This document shows, in pieces, positions 60,174 to 64,000 of a stretch of 64,000 nucleotides of DNA. Location of the stretch: NCBI GenBank assembly GCA_030295235.1, contig AP026123.1, forward strand, positions 1,736,001-1,800,000. Direction: 5' to 3'. Under the pieces are notes generated by a model. The model did no database searches. It was not told the origin of the DNA and saw only the letters and a list, made by a program, of their open reading frames with translations. Position 1 is the first letter of the stretch; every line of letters starts with the position of its first letter. The position numbers were made by a program, and so were the translations under genes. This DNA is from Fistulifera solaris. Lineage: Eukaryota.

Positions 60174-62249
60174 TTACCGCAAGCCAAGCTTCTCGCGGAA
60201 CGACTCATCATTTGCATTCATTTCGATCCACTCCTTCAGTGGGCGCGCCGAAGGAATGAGTTGAAATGTCTTCGCAACAGAACGGCGGCGCTTCACGGCT
60301 TCTGAATGAGCAAGGTTACCAAACATCTGTCCAAAATCCTTCATGTACGTCGGGTGCGTAATCTTTTCAGTTATCTTTTCTTCCTTTACCGCTGTCCCGT
60401 CCGAACTTTCTAGAATCATTTGCTCCATAAGTATCTTGATATCGCTTGCCGAAGCGAAGTCAGTGACCAACCCGATTTCATGGCCTGAATAGACTTGATA
60501 ACTATCAAATATATTCGCAACAGCAACACCGAGATCATCGATACTCATGCAAACGACTTTGGTATCTTGCTTGTCCTTGGGGACATTCAATACCACCGAA
60601 GAATCGGCCTGCTTCACCACCATGCTTAAGAAGTGTTCAGTATAATACGGCAAGAGCACATATGTAGCTGAAAGTTTCTTTGTTCTGGCATAGGCTGCTG
60701 ATCGAGCACGAGCATCAAAGTGATCCAAAGCGCTCGCATGCTCAAAATGTCCCAACTCCTGCATGTGACTCAGCAACTCGGCCGATTCGAAAGTACTGAA
60801 CACGAGATGCCGAACGCTCTTTGCTGCTTCACAGGCATCGATGAGGCGGCATATTTGCTCCTCTTCTTGTTCAAACGGCGTCGAATCTTCGGAAAGACAG
60901 TGGGTGGCCAAGAAAACTCCTTGAACACCATCTACCGCAGCTTGGCAAGATTTGGTATCATTTAGATCAACTGGAACAATTGTGATACGATCGGGATGAA
61001 GTGCCCTGAGCTCGACCACATCTAGATTCTTGACATCGCTTACTGGAATACGAATCGCGTATTCCTTCCGGACATCGGTCAGGAGCCCCTTCACGACACT
61101 GGTCGCTTCGACGGACGGTGCTCCGAAAACCGCCACCGACACAATAGATGGTGCATCCTCTATAAGACCAGCTTTGACAAATGCCGAAGCCTCCGAATGT
61201 GTTAATAACCAGTCTTCGAACTGCTGCGGTTCTTGTCGCAGAATCTGACGAGTCAACTCTTCGTCGTGAGGGCGGTGACGAGGATCGCCCAAATACTGAC
61301 ACATTTGCGCCACCGCCGCTGCGCCTTCGAACTCCATTGACGATACTTCCTCGACGGTCAGTGGATTGTAAATGACAGGTTTTCCGTACAAATCTTCAAA
61401 CATGGAGGCAATTTCGTCCATCGAAATCCGCTGACCCACCACGCGGAGGTTCTGGTTGTCGTACTTTTCTGGCTCGTCGAATATGTTCGCTGTCAAGAAA
61501 TCAAGATGGATCGTGTTAGCCAGAACAGTTTTAAATACTCGCAAATCCTTCAATCGTCAACTTACGAACAAGGATAGAAAGGTCTTGAGCACCCATCATG
61601 TCGATTTTGTTGTTGCCGTCACCAAAACACGCTGACAGATTCCACTGTGTCTGGCTCTCATCGGGAAGTGGGCAAAAGAAACCCAAGAAATTGGAATAGA
61701 GAAAGGGTATGGTTACCAAGGTAAGCTTCAAGTCCGGAACGTCCGCCAAGAATTGGAGAGCAAAGGCCGCTCCGCGGCCTTTGGCGCTGAAATGGGGCAC
61801 AATGCTACCGTCATCGAGCGGATCGATCCATCCTTTGCCTCTTCTTGTACATTATCCCGGCAGCTAAAGACGACATGTCGAGGGAGCTTATCCTTCTCGT
61901 ACACTTCTTTGAGACAGCGGAAGAAGGATTCGATCACTTGATACTCTGCGGCGGCGGCCGTGCTGAAACCATCACAGGGGATATCGGTGGTAGTAATGAG
62001 CACGATAGCGGTAGCTTGGGTTTCTTGCAATACCTGGCGCACATCATTTATATTCTGAAGATCCCCCTTCCAAAAGAAAGCCCCCAACGCGTCGGTCAAG
62101 TATTGCTGCTGCTCGACGCTGTGTTGATGACCGAACGCGTAGACGGGAGAATAGCCCGCACAGGCCAACCCTTCGACCACGGCGCGTCCTTGCTCACCGG
62201 AGCCGCCAAAGACTAGCGCGGTTTGTTTGGAGTTTGATGCAGTCTTCAT
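60174..62249 (-). CDS. Tandem NmrA-like (atypical SDR) protein (intron 61490-61565; frameshift ~61815)
   Basis: Domain 1 LVFGGSGEQGRAVV...PHFSAK; domain 2 VAVFGA...VQGVFLAT...RHLVFST...DDLGVAVANIF. Confidence 0.75.
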
Positions 62250-62662
62250 GTCGACAAAAGAATGTTGTTATTGATTGTAATGTTTGTGCTTTTGTGAGAA
62301 GAGTTGACCTTGCCCAAAACATTGTTTTTGTTGTCTCCTCTTGTTTTTGTTGTCACCGAAAGATTCTTCGCATTATCGTCGGGGTTCGCATTTTTCGTGT
62401 GGTCGATCTCGCTTTGCCAGTCGCGTGACTCATTTCTGTCAAGACTAAACTTCTCTGCGTCTGTCCGTGGAACGGCTCTCAATTTCCGTGTTCGCCATTT
62501 TTCATTTTTTTTCTTTTTCGCGTCCGTTTTGTCATTCGTCACCGGCATTTTCCCAACTTTTATATTGTCAAAACGGAACGAGCGCATCAAGTCCAAAGGT
62601 GACTTCTTATACAGCTGTCTTCCTCGCAATAATTCATTTGCACACTTGACAATCACAATATC

Positions 62663-63994
62663 ATGTCTCTCGAACGCGCCTCTTCGATCATAGATCGCTT
62701 TGGAGTCTTTATTGCATCTCTTCTCGAACCGGTCCCCGAGAAACCTCCTCCGAAAGCCAAGAATGAAGAAGCAGACTGGCTTTTGATCGGAATCAATTTA
62801 GTCTACACACTCACCGTTACCACGTTGAGCGGATACTTGCTTCTCTACTTGACCAATCGCTTTTCGAGCCTCATGACGGATCCCAACGACAAGGCACCGT
62901 CACAAGGACGCGTCAATGCACGATTGCAGAAAATTTTACAAAAACGGGCCACTTCCTTGCAAATTCCGACTCTTTCGCATTATGAACTCATCATGGCCGA
63001 TGATATATTGGATCCCGATGATATTGATGTCTCTTTTGCGGATATTGGTGGTTTGAATGAGACAAAGCAAGAAATCTACCAGCTCGCTGTTTTGCCGTTA
63101 TTGAAGCCAGAATTATTCAAAGGGAAATTGTGTCAACCCACCAAAGGAATACTATTGTTTGGCCGTCCAGGAACTGGAAAAACGATGTTAGCCAAGGCTG
63201 TGGCGAAAGAAGCCGAAGCCGTCTTCTTGCCGCTACAACTTTCCAAAATTTTGTCCAAATGGGTCGGCGAGTCCAACAAGTTAGTGGCCGCCACCTTTTC
63301 TTTGGCGCGAAAATTGCAGCCAGCCATTTTGTTCATTGACGAGCTGGATACCTTCTTGAAAGCGAGTAGCAGTGAAACAGCGTATCTGGATTCTATCAAG
63401 GCTGAATTTCTTACTCTTTGGGATGGAATCGGAACTTCTTCGGAGAATCGTGTTCTGGTGTTGGGAGCTACCAATAAGCCTCAGTTGATTGATACTGCCA
63501 TCCTACGACGTCTTCCACGCACTTTCCCCGTTCCGCTACCGGACCAAAAAGGCCGGCAATCGATTTTAGAGCTGTTGTTGAAAGATGAGCCACTGTCAGA
63601 TTCGGCAAGAAACTACATCCGTACATTGTCGCAACAAACGGTTGGATACTCAGGGAGTGATTTGAAGGAGTTGTGTCAGGCAGCAGCGATGGTTCGGGTA
63701 CAAGAAGTCACTGCCGAAATGTCTCGTCGACGTGTGATGGGAGAAGTTGGTGACGATGAAGAGGAGGATGAAGATTCTAAAACATTACGTCCTATATCTT
63801 TAGAAGACTTACAAACGGGAATGCTGAAGGTGCAACGAACTGGAGCGGCTGCCGAAACATACGGACGAGAAGAAAGTGGGATTCGTGCCGACGACGACTC
63901 TCTCCGCGATTTCGCAACTTTGCTTCGAAACTTAACACGTGCTGCTTCTCAAAATAGCAATGACCGAAATGATGATGGCATTCCTATTATCTGA
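62663..63994 (+). CDS. ATAD1: Msp1/ATAD1 membrane-anchored AAA ATPase
   Basis: N-terminal TM; FADIGGL, GRPGTGKT, FIDELD, KAEFLTLWDG, VLGATN, GYSGSDLKELC. Confidence 0.92.
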   Translation: MSLERASSIIDRFGVFIASLLEPVPEKPPPKAKNEEADWLLIGINLVYTLTVTTLSGYLLLYLTNRFSSLMTDPNDKAPSQGRVNARLQKILQKRATSLQIPTLSHYELIMADDILDPDDIDVSFADIGGLNETKQEIYQLAVLPLLKPELFKGKLCQPTKGILLFGRPGTGKTMLAKAVAKEAEAVFLPLQLSKILSKWVGESNKLVAATFSLARKLQPAILFIDELDTFLKASSSETAYLDSIKAEFLTLWDGIGTSSENRVLVLGATNKPQLIDTAILRRLPRTFPVPLPDQKGRQSILELLLKDEPLSDSARNYIRTLSQQTVGYSGSDLKELCQAAAMVRVQEVTAEMSRRRVMGEVGDDEEEDEDSKTLRPISLEDLQTGMLKVQRTGAAAETYGREESGIRADDDSLRDFATLLRNLTRAASQNSNDRNDDGIPII

Positions 63995-64000
63995 GCTTCT

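Overview
Gene-dense eukaryotic nuclear DNA, most likely a diatom. Evidence: short GT-AG introns (mostly 60-105 bp), bipartite plastid presequences with ASAF-type cleavage motifs, a fused mitochondrial urea-cycle CPS, and a diatom-type cyclin. The species cannot be named from sequence alone. About 37 protein genes are present, mostly housekeeping: ribosome biogenesis, mitochondrial proteins (HslU, CPS, MDH, HCCS, SDHAF4, ATP12, Msp1) and plastid proteins (FNR, ClpP, Z-ISO, GluRS). At least 14 genes are broken by frameshifts, often at homopolymers, which most likely reflects assembly indels. No CRISPR, rRNA, tRNA or autonomous transposon was recognised. Best leads: (1) a secreted prolyl 4-hydroxylase carrying a VHL beta-domain-like module that retains hydroxyproline-pocket residues; (2) a ~34-bp-period array of CCCAGA-N3-TCTGGG palindromes, interrupted by a small inverted-repeat insert; (3) an organellar GluRS fused to an Arc1p/EMAPII-like tRNA-binding domain; (4) two paralogous microproteins with a PP1-docking-like motif; (5) a dispersed hairpin repeat family; (6) a 52-nt box C/D RNA candidate. 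All family assignments are by eye from motifs; no searches were run.
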